Shown in pieces: positions 10,571 through 23,952 of a DNA stretch of 64,000 bases (positions are counted from its first letter, which is position 1; every line of letters starts with the position of its first letter). The stretch comes from the human T2T-CHM13v2.0 reference genome, Homo sapiens. The stretch lies in NCBI RefSeq assembly GCF_009914755.1, contig NC_060925.1; one strand, given 5' to 3'. The notes under the pieces were generated by a model, which saw only the letters and a program-made list of their open reading frames with translations, made no database searches and was not told the origin of the DNA. The position numbers were made by a program, and so were the translations under genes.

Positions 10571-12534
10571 AATGACAACACTGCTGTCACTGAGGGCCCC
10601 CAAGCCCTCCTTCCGGTCAGAACTGAAGAACGTGCCCTCCTCTCAGCTGCCCTGGGCCCTGTGACCATTCTCCTTGCCAAATGAAGTCTTCGGTGCCACC
10701 AATTGCAGTGGGTAAACGGCCTGCCTCCCACTGAGGGGGCCGAAGGGCCGAGACCGGAGGTAGGTAAGATGGAAAATGCCCAGGTCGCTGCCTGCAGAGC
10801 AGGTGAGGACCTGTGTGTGATGAGCACGCCTCTCCCAGGGGCCGACCCGGGGAGAACCACCCCTGACCCTCTGGACGACCGGCACTCAAGGGTCCTGCAG
10901 GGCCTGCCCCAAGCACTGTGCTTCTCCCGTGCGAATGCCATTAAGTTTTTTGTTCATTGTTACATGCCTAACAATTGGGAATGTTTTACTTGGAAGCGGT
11001 GTGTGATTCCCATCATGCTGTACTTCCTTTGTACTGAACAAGTGTTATTTAATGGGGCAGTTTTGATTGTTTTGGAGATAGGCGTCTATTTGGGAAGAGG
11101 CGGGGTTTGTGTGAGTTTGATTGTATTGGCCAGCTTCCTCTATTTTTTCTGGGAAATCCTTCTTCCCGTGTGTGTAGATGGCAAGTCTTACAGAACCGCA
11201 TAACCACGCAGCCTGTGAGACCCTTGCTCTGGACGGCTTTGAGGCGTCCGACCCAGCCTGCAGCTCCGGAGTCCTGGAGGAGGCCACAGAGGGTGGGGGC
11301 AGAGGCTAAGTTTGTGGCGCCTGGGAAAGTCACACTCCGGTAAAGCCATCAGTGCAAGCTTGCCTGTCCCTTTCACAGGCCGTATCGAGTTCCAAATGCA
11401 ATTCCAGAGGCCTCTTGCTTTCTTCTGGGTCAGGCAGGCTTGGGGCCCCTTCCTTCCCGTCCCTGGGCCCCCTCCCCCACACTGAGAGGCCTTTCCTCTC
11501 TCAGGGAATGGCAGCTTTCAATTAAAGAATGACCATTGTTCCTTCTGGGGGAAAAGAGGCCCCGTCCCCTCCGTCCTTTCTCATATCCTGTTTCTGGTTT
11601 CTAAGACCCTCCACCTTGGGGCCAAGGCTTTTGCACCCACCTGACACTCCTGCGTTTCCTGCTCCTGCCCCCCTTACTCTTGCCCTCCAGCTTCTGGCCT
11701 TTCCCTTGCAGGCCTTCCTGGCCACTAAGGCCCCCCACGCCTGGTGCCCTCCATCCTGCACAGCCCTGGCCTCTGATTTACCTGGGCAGCTCTGCCTCCT
11801 CTTTCCTCACCTTCATGCTCCATTGGTCTCGGGCACATTTACCCGGGACGTAGCCTGAGAGACACACAGCGAATTCCCCGAACAGAGTCCTTCGCCCTTC
11901 CGGGCAGGCATCACTCAGGACGCACACTGCAGACAGCTTGCTACCACCGGGGAGGGAGGTGACTCTCCCCATGTCTTAATGCCCACATGAGCTCCAGGCA
12001 GTGTCCTGCCTCACAGACGCATGTGGCCACCGAGTTGCATGCCAGCTGCCCCTCCCTGGAGGAGCCATTTCTTTTGGCTGCTGGGGCCAGGCCTATGTCC
12101 TGCCCTCCCCCTGAGGCCCAGGAGCAGTGCTGGCTGGCTTGGAAGCCCAAAGCCAGAACATCCTTCCTATCTTTTGCAGCCAAAAGCTATTTTCTGTTTA
12201 CCTCTGGAAGTTCACTTCCTTCTGAATACTGAAAAAATTCTACTGGGATCATTGCCCTACACAGAAAAGCAGACAGAGTTGGGAGTTGAACCCAAGAACC
12301 TAGAACCCCGCCAAATGCAAGGTAACCTGAGGGCACATCCCTCAGTCCTCGTGCCTCTCTCTTTCTGTGTGGTCTTGCTGTGAAGGAGTGGTGCAGAAAC
12401 GTTTTAGAAGAAAGCTCTGGACATAGACACACTCCTGTTCTCTGCCTGTCTTATCCCCACTGCTATGGCCAGGAAGAGAGAGAAACATGCTTTGAGGATT
12501 TTGCAATTTCATCCTCCTGGGTTTATAAAATGTC

Positions 12535-12831
<297 letters not shown>

Positions 12832-13203
12832 TAAAATGTCTTAAACCCACATTTGACCCAATTTCACATAAAAATTAGTAGTTTTTCTGATACACAGGTG
12901 TACTTGTCAGAGGAGTTAGGTGTTCCCTGCTTCATGTCCCCAGAGACCAAAGCTGCCACCTCTCTCTGGGTCTGACCAGGCTGGGCTCACCACCACCCCA
13001 CCCAGCCGTTCTGCTTTCTGCTGGACCCTCCTCCAGCTGGCACCACTGGGGGCCCCTCTCCTAGCACCCCACAGCACTTTCCTGCTCAGCCCTCACCACT
13101 GCCACTTGCTACTGCCACAGCCACGCCTCCTCCCAGCCCCTTCCATTCATGCAGAGCTCACACAGAACCTCAGTTCCCTCCAGCTTCCCAAAAGGGACAG
13201 CCG

Positions 13204-13352
13204 ATCTGGGCACAGTGGTCCATGCCTGTAATCCCAGCACTGTGGGTGGCAGAAGTGGGAGATTGTTTGAGCCCAGGAGTTTGAAACCTGCCAGGGCAAC
13301 ATAGAAGACTTTGTCCCTATTAAAAAATAATGTATAAAAAATCAAAATAAAA
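13204..13352 (+). mobile_element. FLAM_C / Alu left monomer
   Basis: Single Alu arm followed by an A-rich tail. Confidence 0.85.
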
Positions 13353-13896
13353 GAAGCAGCCAGTGCAGGTCAGGCTACCTCCTTCTGTCCTGGGACCTTG
13401 TGCAGAAACAGCCCCCTTCAGCTGAGCGGCTTGGTGGGTGACATTCACTTCTGAATTCTTTGGGAGTCTCTTTACAGATTGGAACCTGGGTAGGTGACGG
13501 CATCTCCTCAGGACAGAGCAACACTGGGCAGGTTAGGGAAGCAAGGCAGTGGCCACACTGGCCATCCGAGGCTGTCTTTCACCTTTTTTACCTTCGGAGA
13601 CTAGATCAGTTTGTATTCAGGGGCCACTGGTCCCTTCCAGCACTATTGGGGACATGCTTATAAGGGTGTGAGCACACACATAGCCCGGGACCCTGCACCT
13701 GTGCTCACCCAGGAGCCAGCGGCCTGTATGTTCTTGCCTTCTTTGTTCCAGTTCCTGGGAAAGAAAGTGGGTCCATGACACCTGTGCTCCATCCAGGTCC
13801 CAGGGCCTGCTGAGACAACCCAGATTGTGGCTTACACCAGAACCATCTTGCAGTGAGTCTCCACCAAAAAATAAATGCCCACCATGGCTTTTATCT

Positions 13897-14020
13897 GGTT
13901 TCAGGTGAAACAAGAGCATCTACCTCTCAGGGTTGTCGTGAGGATTAAATGAGATGAGGCATTGAACACGCTTAGAGCGTGACACAGTGCAAGACACACA
14001 GTGAGTGCCTGTGAGCAAGC
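13897..14020 (+). mobile_element. MIR fragment
   Basis: ctacctctcagggttgtcgtgaggattaaatgagat is the MIR core. Confidence 0.8.
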
Positions 14021-15694
14021 ACTTAACTAGAATCACTGTTGCACATCCTCAAGGCTGGTGACAGTGCACACAGATTTCAGGACTCAAAACGATAATTCGT
14101 GTAAAGCCGTTGTTGTTATCTTTAGGCTGTGACTAGCTGCCAGACTATGAGAGGTGACCCCGAGTGGTTCAGTGGGACCTTAGCCTCTGAATGAATGTCA
14201 TCATCCAGCTGAGTTCCTGCATCCACCGTTATTAAGTTAGGACATTCTTTTCACGAGCAAATTCCAAAGTAGAATTGTCAGGAGTCGCATAATTAGTGAA
14301 GTTTACTGGCACGAATTATTTGTGTCTTTTGAGTGTTGACCCTTGAGTCTCTGGAAGACTTGAAGAGCTAAAAGTTCTACTCTTTCTCCAGATTCAGGTC
14401 CCTAGGAGCCCCCACCTGCCTGATCTGTTTCTGTCCTCCTTCTCTTCCACCCAAGGAAGCATGTAAATGTGCCCGGAGTTCCCAGGGCACCTGGCCAAGG
14501 CCACTGTCAACATCCACATACCCAAAGAGCATGCACGCGTCTCTGGGGTTCTTTCCTCCCAAAGCCCAGAGCTGTGACTGTTTCCTGCAGACACAGGATT
14601 TCAGGTCAACTCAAGCCAGAGGTCAACCAAGTCCCAGGCCAGAAAATGCATTGTCTGGAATGTTCCTTAGAAACAAATGAGTCTCTCTGTGATGCAAGGT
14701 TTAGACGGAAGCAGGCAGGTTAACGTGCCATGTGTCAGAAGTTTTCGTCTAGGTTGAGAGATGTCAATGAATGGCCTGGAGATAATGCTCACTGGGCATT
14801 TGGGAAAGTTAGCAGGACAGACATAGACTTCTACCAAGTACAGGGTGCAAAGGCCCACGGGTAACTCCTGAGGGGAGGTGGAAGGTGGGATGGGGAAGGG
14901 AGACCTCCAGGGAAAGGCTCTCTCAGTACTTACCTGTTTAAACTATTGGTCTTCTCAGTAAAATTTATTTAAACACACAAAGGCTGCCCCTGCATCATGT
15001 TTTTCCAAAATTGTCTGGTCCAGTTCCTTTCCCTCAGCGTTGTATTGTCTATTTAGTTTAGTTTTCTCCTCCTTTAATGAGGACTTACCAACTTTTTTTG
15101 CTTCAAAATGTCTATAACCAATTACACAGACTTTCATAAGAAAGATTTATCAAAACAGTAGACACACGTTACTGCCTTGGTCCTATAAACAGAAAATCAC
15201 CCAGGACCATGTATTTGCAGAATGGCTTTCAAACTTAATCTATGGCCTAAAAGCTGAGACAATTATCAAAGGCTGTTAAGTTCACTCCTTAGTTTGAAAA
15301 AGCAGAACTAAAGTGGACACCCCTGTGTGTCCAGAGCTGCACCCTCCCCAAGGCAGGGCAAGGCACTCAGGGGCTTCTCCTTCCCTACAGGGCTGACGAC
15401 CCAAAACACACACTTTGGTTCAACATTGGGAAAACGACAGCCCTATTCCTTTATTGCTTAAGGGAGAAAGAGGCATGTACAGAGGCCCACTGCTAACCCA
15501 GACCAGGAATCATTACTGGAAGGAAGAAACACCTGGAATCTATGGTCAAGGTCTTCTGTTTTCCTTCTGTCCATGGGTTTCCCAATCCAAGGGCTCGCCT
15601 CCCACTGGAGGCTCTCCTCAGCCAGGGCGATTAATTTCTGTGCCAGCAACATGCAGACAACCTCAAAAAAGGGCCCTTGCTCTCCTTCCATGGT

Positions 15695-15965
15695 GCTGCC
15701 TGCGCTTTCCTTCCAGTGGGGACTTTCCCATCATGCCCATGCTGTTGGAGGTGTGTTGCTGCCCATGCTTTCCCTCCAGTAGGAGCCTTCCCATCATGGC
15801 CCGTGTTGTTGGAGGTGATGATGCTGCCCACGCTTTCCCTCCAGTAGGAACTTTCCCATCATGGCCCGTGGTTGTTGGAGGTGATGATGCTGCCCATGCT
15901 TTCCCTCCAGTAGGAACTTTCCCATCATGGCCCATGGCTGTTGGAAGTGACGGTGCTGCCCAGAG
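15695..15965. repeat. ~66-bp minisatellite (VNTR), ~4.1 units
   Basis: Units start at 15695, 15758, 15823, 15889, 15955 (63/65/66/66 bp); consensus gctgcccatgctttccctccagtaggaactttcccatcatggcccgtggttgttggaggtgatgat. Confidence 0.95.
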
Positions 15966-16089
15966 TTTTCTCTCGCCAACCCCCCCACCTTTTCCCTGAG
16001 AGGGTGCCTCCATCCTGCAACTCCAACCACCTGCTGCTTTTGACGGCCAATATCTTCTGCACAAATTTCCCCTGTGAGCACCAAATCCA

Positions 16090-16890
16090 AATGCCCAACA
16101 TCCTACTGGACAATAGATTTTCAAACTCAACATTCCCCAACTCAACTCCTCATCTTCCCCCTACTTCTTTCCCAAATGTATTGTTCTTATCTTTCTTCTC
16201 TCCCTGACTCCCTGCACGTATTCAACTTACCTACTTTTTTGCTTCAAAATGTCTACTACCAGTTATGTAGATTCCAAGTCCTCTAGATTCAACCTTAGTA
16301 AGGTCTTTGCTCCCACCCACTCCTCCATATCCCCACGGTGACAGCACCGTTTCCTGACCTCAGCACCTCCATCTGGCCTTGCAGTGCTCTTCAACCCACC
16401 CTGCAGGCTTGCCTTTCTCTGTCCATCCTCAGCAAACCACCAGGGCATCCGTCTAAGACAGGAAGCTCTGATCACCTTATTTTCCAGCTGAAACCCCTCA
16501 GTGGCTCTCCCTGGCGGGCCTCCCCCTCATCCTGCCTCCTGCTGGCCCAGGCCCATCTCATTCCTCATCCCCAGCTACACCAATGCCTGACCTTTCCCAA
16601 ACACACTGCATCGTCTTGCACAAAGTGTCTCTGCCCGCCCTCCCCACCAGCAAATATCTTCTGTCTCTCATGCTTCCATGCACCACCCCCATGAACACAT
16701 TTCCCCAGCATAGTGCAACGCACCCTTGGTGCACACTGCTCCCTGGGCAAGAATTTTTTTCTCCTTGCCAGCTCAGCTACTGGACTATAAGCTCCTTGCA
16801 GGCAGACATTAGGTCTTGATTCTCTTCCTCACATCCCTCGTGTCTAGCATAGTACCTGGTACACAGAGAGTACATAATGAATATTTAGGG
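16090..16890 (+). mobile_element. L2 LINE 3' region
   Basis: tcaaactcaacatt...gactataagctccttgcaggcaga...tctagcatagtacctggtacacag...aatattt. Confidence 0.75.
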
Positions 16891-17277
16891 AAAGAGGCAA
16901 GAGAAGGGAGAGGAGGAGAAAAGAGAAGAACAGAGAAGGAGAAGGAAAGGAAAGAGTCAAAAGACCAACAGAATTGGGTTGTACACTGCCCACATACCTG
17001 GGGAGTTAAGATGCGTGTGCACATTGTGTGTGCACATACACACACACGATGCTACGGTCCTTTCAACAACTTAGCATCATAACTCCAAGTGCAGCTCAAG
17101 TTGCAAATTGTAAATCTACTTAGAGAGCCACAGCATTTTCCTTGGAAGACATTTACGGAGTATTACTCGGCACATGCCACCGAAGGCCCTCCATGGGTCA
17201 GGCCTCGTGCTAGGCACTAGGAAGACAAAAAACGGGTGAGAATTTGTTTTTACCATTGAGAAGCTCAGAGGAAAAAT

Positions 17278-17403
17278 CTGGGCAGCAAACAAATGGGCCA
17301 AATCTGGCCAGCAGCTGTTTTTGTAAATAAAGTTTTATTAGAACACAGCCATGCCATTTACTATCAGGCTCTTTGCAGAAGACATCTGCTGGCCTTGCCC
17401 TAG
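17278..17403. mobile_element. MER58-type hAT-Charlie MITE (internally deleted)
   Basis: gggccaaatctggcc...ctgtttttgtaaataaagttttattagaacacagccatgcc. Confidence 0.8.
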
Positions 17404-18065
17404 GTAGTAGAGGCCTCAAGGCCCTTGGCCTTGTCCACTGCCAACAGCACACAGCCCCTTGCTAAGTGCTCAACAAATGCATCCTCAAGGCTCCAGAAAC
17501 TCTCTGGAGTCGGGCTCACTGGTGGAGAAGAACTCCTCCTCTTTATCTAATATTAAAATAAGTGTGCATTTTCCTCCAAGCAAATGTGTGCCACCAGAAG
17601 AGGCAGCACAATATCCGGCAGCTGTTGGTGACCTCTCTACAGACATGACGGACTCATTTCCGGGACCGGCCCCTTATACAGAGACTTCCATCCAGCATCC
17701 TCACAGTGTCTGGCCTGGGCTGTACAAATCCAGAGACCTAGAAACAGAAACTGTGATTCCTCTCGAGAAGTGAGGCTGCTATGTGGCTGGCGTGCACACC
17801 ACACTGCCAGCTTCGGGCTCTATTGCCTTATCTTAAATTACAAACTCTACCAGAAGAAAATGTCACCCTTCTGCTGGGGTCCGGAAGGCTTTGTGTGTGT
17901 TAACAATCATCTTGGAACCTGCGCTCAAGACGACCTCAAGCACACTTTGTTCTTCAGCTCTGGACGTGTCGTGGCCGTCAGGGTGAAGAGAGAGATGAGA
18001 ACAGAGGCTTGGACAGGACAGCCCTGGCTGACCAGTCAAGTGTAGAAGACACATACATACATTTC

Positions 18066-18498
18066 CTTTTTTCCTTTTCTTTTTCAACTTTTATTTTAGA
18101 GTCAGGGAGTACCTGTGCAGGTTTGTTACAAGGTATATAGCATGATTCTGAGCTTTGGGGTACGATTGGCACCCAGGTAATGGGCATAGCACCCAACAGG
18201 TAGTTTTTCAGCCCTTGCCCCTCCTCCCCTGTCCCTGGTCTAGTAGTCCCCGGTGACTATTGTTCCCATCTTTATTCATGATAGCAAAAACACAGAATCA
18301 ACCCAGTTTCCCATCAATGGTGAATTGGATAAAGATGTGGTTCATATACACCGTGGAATACTACACAGCCATAAAAAAGAATGAAATCAGGTCTTTTGCA
18401 GCAACATGGATGTGGCTGGAGGCCATTAACCTAAGCGAATTAATGCAGGAACAGAAAACCAAATATATCATGTTCTCACTTATCAGTGGGAGCTAAAC
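18066..18498 (-). mobile_element. L1PA/PB 3' fragment with 5' inversion
   Basis: 18066-~18273 is the antisense 3'UTR with T-tail; ~18274-18498 is the ORF2 C-terminus in sense orientation; TSD acatac(a/c)tttc. Confidence 0.9.
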
Positions 18499-21400
18499 AC
18501 ATACCTTTCGGAAGGCACCAGAACACTGGTTTGTTCCTGCTTTGTCTTGGCACCAACCCACTTGGCCCCTGACTCATCTTTCTCTACAACACTCCTGTTT
18601 GCTTTTCTCTACCATGGAGAAGGTATGTCTCAGTGGAAGAACTATGGGAGGTATTCAGCCCAAACATCCTCTAAGACAGTAAAGTGTTAACAGCTTAGAA
18701 AGAGCTGCAGACTATTAAAATGTGAGCTGCGTTAGTCAGCTGAACCGAGAATTCTCATCCTGGCCCTTGCTCTTGGAGGGAATGCATGCCTTAGTGCTTA
18801 CTCAGCTCTTAAACAGGGTTTGTTGTTTTGTGTGTTTTTGTTTCCCGTGACTGTGTGTGTTTGACTTTTTTTAAACTGTGGTTTAAGAAAAAAAAAAAAA
18901 GTTGATCAGTAAGTCAAAGTGTCAGAACTGTCTGGGTTGAAGCAGGCACTCATAGGGAAGCAGGAAGACCAGTCTGTAGGTTTAGGGGAGGGGAGCAGAG
19001 GAAACAGAATTTTCATTCCACACCAAGCCTGCAAAATCATACAGACAGGAGAGCCCAGACAAAGCTAAATGTCATTTTCTTTATCCTAATTTATTGATTT
19101 CTGCTGGCTGTCGGGAGCTCTCGGGGAGGAAGCATGCTGAGTCCATAGCTAATGCTTTTCGTTGTTCTCACAGTTAGTGGGCCCTGGAGCTTGGGGAAGG
19201 GGGTGGCATAAGTGCAGGGAAATGGTGACGAGATGCAAAAGAATCATGGTGGCCAGAGCAGAAAATGTGTGCTCACATTTCTCTCTCTGCAGTGTTTCTG
19301 AAATGGCCTCTTCATTTACTTGAAAGAGACCTCATGCCAAAAAATGCATAGCATCATCCCCCACCTGCTCAGTCATGCCTTGAATCTCAAGCCCAGAAAC
19401 GCAACTGCTGCCAGTGGGGGGTGCACCCCAAAAGTCCTCATCCTGAGAACACCTGTTAAAAAGTCCACGATGGCAGAAATCCCTGGTGCTGCATGGAGAA
19501 TCTCCACTCAGGTGCGTCACCCCCTAGACGTTAGGAAGGTCCGGGGCAGGTGTCCGGTGGGGTCAGGGAGACACGCAGGTTCAAGGTTGTTCTACAACCC
19601 TGAGAGAAATGTCTGGGCCTCAGAACGTCAAGAGAGCTGGTTCTTCAGAGTTCTATTTTCCATTCCGCTACTTTGAGAGGGATGTGGGCTTTCATTGTGC
19701 TCGTTATTTTCATGAAAACTCATTACAAAACTGAAACCAACATCACAGAACAATGAGGAATCACCAGCCCATTGAACAAGTGCAGAGCGGCACATATGAC
19801 CACTGCAATGCTTCCTTTCCAAAGCTCTTTTGCTCTTGCGTGGAGTGGCCCCCGCCACGGGCTTTCCCAGGTCACACCTGCTCCACACTTCTCTCCAGGT
19901 GCCTCTGTCCCCTGAGGCCTCACCTCGGGCCCGGGTCGCCCTGCACAAACAGCCCCTGGGCGGGCACACAGCACTGACTCTGCTGCAGTCTCCAGGTTCC
20001 CGAAGCCAGCTGCCTACTGGACACTGCACCCTTAAAGTCCCACCGATGCATCCGCAACAGGGTCTCCTCCACGGCCCCCCTTCCTGGTGAAGTCTGATCA
20101 GCTTCCAGCCACACAGATGTGAAGACTCATTGTCTCCAAGGAGCCCCAGAGTCCGGTTGATTCCCCTTCTGAATGTCTCCTCATTCTGACCTCCTCCTTC
20201 TCACACCCACTGCCCTCCACCCAGCCTGGCCTCAGCCCAGAAGGGCCTCCTCTCCAGCCTCCGTCCGGGTCTCTGTCACCTCACCTGTACTCTGCCCTCC
20301 ACCTCACCTCTACCCTGCCCTCCGCCTCCCTCTGGAAGGCTGCTGTCCTCCTCCGGGGTCCTTCACTGCTCACTGAACCACCTCTCAGTCTGACCTTCAA
20401 GGACCCAAATCTACCAACTCACTCTTCTCTTATTCTCTAACACCAACCCTCAACACCATCAGGCTGTCCCCTGCCACTCCATGAACGTCCGTCCCTCATA
20501 CCTGTGTCCCCACCATCACCTTATTTAAAATGCCTCTCCCTCTGATCTGCCCATTCAACGCCTCATCGAAGCCCAATTCCAGTCCCTCCCTCCCTGTGGC
20601 AACCTTGCCTGACTCTGCAACAACTGCAACCCCATCCTTCTCCCTGCCTTTGTGTCCCCATGTTGCTTCATTATAGTGGGATGTCAATAGGCATTAAAAG
20701 GTTGCTGTCTCCTCTACTTCCTTGTACCCATTGTCAAAGACCCCCACCGGCTCGTTCGCAAATTCAGAAAAACGTTCCCCTTCCTCAGAACGCTACTGCT
20801 CAGAGATTGTCGCATTTACCAAGTCTGTTCACATTTATGAACACATTTATGAAGCCTGAGATGAATGGTGGCCCTAGGACTGCTGGTGACAAACCCGCCT
20901 GAGCCCAGCCCCCAAGGTGGCAGGATCACTTCCTACCCACTGTGCACACCAACTTCAGGTTCTTCATTTCCCAGCTTTCAAGTAGGCTTTGTCTATCTCT
21001 AGCGGAAACAATAAATAGTCTGAAAACCAAAGCACTTTTGATTTGCAAAAGGCAGGCTGCACTGAGAAAGAGATTTCTCTTAGAATTCTGAAGGATGCCT
21101 TCACACATCAAGAACCAAGTTAGAGCTTGGGAGTGCAGGTTTATGCCATGACTATGGGGAGCAGAAGTGAACAGAAAAATGTGGGTTGATGTCAGAGAAT
21201 AGCTATTTATCTACCGGAAAGGAAATGATGGATTACCAATAGGCAAGAAGAAGGGAATCCACAGAGAATATAGCTTAGACACTTGGGACGAAACTGGAAA
21301 TGTTTCCCCCAGCTCTCCCCCTCCAAACTGTGCCCCTCCCCCAGTGAAAACGCCAGCAGGGGAGGCAACCAGAAGTCTCAGAAACCCCAGGTGGGCTTGG

Positions 21401-21729
21401 AAGGAACTAATTAGCTTGGGAGAGCTAATATCTCAAAACAGTATTTACCATCTGATGGATTTTCCCTTCATGGGGATGCATCTCCTCACCGACACTGTAA
21501 ATCAGCTGCCGGGGCAGGCCCGTGGCACAGGTGTGCACACACCTGGCAGCCTCAGCTCTATTCTCTGCTCACCAGAGTCCAGCAGCCAGCACATAATCCC
21601 CTTGTTAATACACTGCTCCACTCCTAATAAGAGCAGGGCAGCGTCCCAGGGCCTAAGGTTTACAGAGACTGCTGAAGAAGGGGCAGTTGGGTCCTTCACT
21701 CTTTGGTAGGGGAAGCAGGATAAAAGGGG

Positions 21730-21840
21730 CTGCTAGAATGTATGGCAGCGTGGAGGGCTGAGCAATGATTCAGAGCTGGGGGATCAGGGATGGCTTCATG
21801 GAAGAGGTGGAAATTGGCTTGAGTCTAGAAGGGTGAAGAG
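21730..21840 (-). mobile_element. L2 fragment
   Basis: gggggatcagggatggcttcatggaagaggtgg...tgagtctagaagg. Confidence 0.6.
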
Positions 21841-21959
21841 CGTGTGATATTGTTTCTTCATCGTCCACCTTCCTCAGACCAAGGAGAAAAGGGGACTTGG
21901 CCCCGTCAGAGGAGGTCACTGCCTGCTCCCTGCAGGGACAGGCGGGCCTGGCATCTACA

Positions 21960-22105
21960 CCCTAGATTGGGCCCCTAACTCTACTTTGGTTAACTCTCTA
22001 ACCCAGAAAGCATTCCTTCACCTCTTGAGCCCGTTTTTTTCCTCATAAAATAGGAAGAGTCACGTTGCCTCCCTTGCCAGTTTGCTGTGAGAATTAAGTG
22101 AAAGA
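21960..22105 (+). mobile_element. MIR fragment
   Basis: cttcacctcttgagcccgttttttcctcataaaatagg...tgctgtgagaattaagtga. Confidence 0.65.
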
Positions 22106-22140
22106 GCAGAGTTACATTTCATCTGTGCTGACTTCCTTTC

Positions 22141-22517
22141 GGTTATGGACTGAATGTTTATGCTCCCCACAGCCCAACCAAAATTCCTATGTTGAAAAAA
22201 ACCCAACTCCAAAGGTAACGAATGGCATTAGGAGGTGGGGCCTTTGGGAGGTGATTAGGTCCTGAGGTTGGAGCCCCTGCAAATGGGATTAGTGCCTTTA
22301 TCAAAGGGACCCCAGAGAGGAGTCTCATTCTCTTCCCACCATGCAGGGACACAGCTAGAATGTGCCATCTGCAGTCCAGAAGAGGCTCTCACCAGAACCC
22401 AACCATGCTGGCACCCTGATTTCAGACCCCCAGTCTCCAGAACTGTGAGGAAGAACTGCGTGTTGTTTATAAGCCACTGGGCTCTGGTACTTTGTTACAG
22501 CAGCTGAAGCTAAGACA
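22141..22517 (+). mobile_element. MLT1A-type MaLR solo LTR
   Basis: gttatggactgaatgttt...tttgttacagcagctgaagctaagaca; TSD ctttc/ttttc. Confidence 0.88.
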
Positions 22518-22572
22518 TTTTCCCTCCTTCTTTAATAGGGATGATGGGCGGTAAAAAGCTTAGAGGAATTCA

Positions 22573-22885
<313 letters not shown>

Positions 22886-23419
22886 TCAATCTTTGACAGA
22901 CTTTGCATTCTAGGGTGCTGGATCAGGGGGGTCCCTGAAGCCCCTCAGGTCCCCAGTAGGTGATTCCTGACCAATGTCTTGCCAGCCTGGCTAATGTCTC
23001 ATGTGCCCACAGAGCTTGACCCACCCACTCGGCCCCATGGGTTTGGGGTGGGGCTGCCACACCTCTCCTGGCTGTCCTGGCCAGGCTGGTATCTGGGCCA
23101 GTGCCTGGCTCCCCCATGCACAGGTCCAGGTGGAAGCAAGGACCAGTAGTCTGGATGCCAACCCAGGAACCTCCCAGCTCACATCCTCCTTGTCCATGGG
23201 GTTGAGGCCAACAGAGCAGCGGCCTTGGCCTCGAAGCAGTATGTTCACAGACACACCCACAACATCCCTCTTAGTTTGATGAACGAAAGTTCTGCTGACT
23301 GGGTTTCCTTTCAGGCCGGGAGCTGTGACGTGTTACCTGTCCTCTGTTACAATGTTTCCCATGGTTGGAGCTGGGATTCAGCATCCTGTCCCACCTGTGC
23401 CTGTTTGTGATGACTTCAC

Positions 23420-23603
23420 ATCATTAGGGGACAAGCCTATGGGATGAAAGGACCCCTTGCTGAGTCCCTCAGCTGGGCTTCTACTTCCTGCCAAAGGGGA
23501 ACAAGCCTATAGGATGTATCCTTAGGGCACAAGCCTATGGGATGAAAGGACCCCTTGCTGAGTCCCTCAGCTGGGCTTCTACTTCCTGCCAAAGGGGAAC
23601 AAG
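23420..23603. repeat. Local tandem duplication, period 98 bp
   Basis: 23431-23505 is identical to 23529-23603 (75 bp). Confidence 0.95.
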
Positions 23604-23641
23604 GGGAAACTTCCTTCGCAGAGATTGTGGGTCCTCCCTAA

Positions 23642-23952
<311 letters not shown>

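Noticed and set aside
15695-15965. Regularly spaced repeats as a CRISPR-like array
   Set aside because: Units are contiguous with no unique spacers, there are no cas genes, and the DNA is primate.
15415-15999. Longest ORF (194 aa) with repeated peptide
   Set aside because: Starts at TTG and stays open largely because the 66-bp repeat lacks stops; overlapping ORFs on both strands; no recognisable domain.
17590-17610. CTCF-like words (also 6761-6776 and 62848-62862)
   Set aside because: Each misses key positions of the CCASYAGRKGGC core; cannot be called without PWM scoring.
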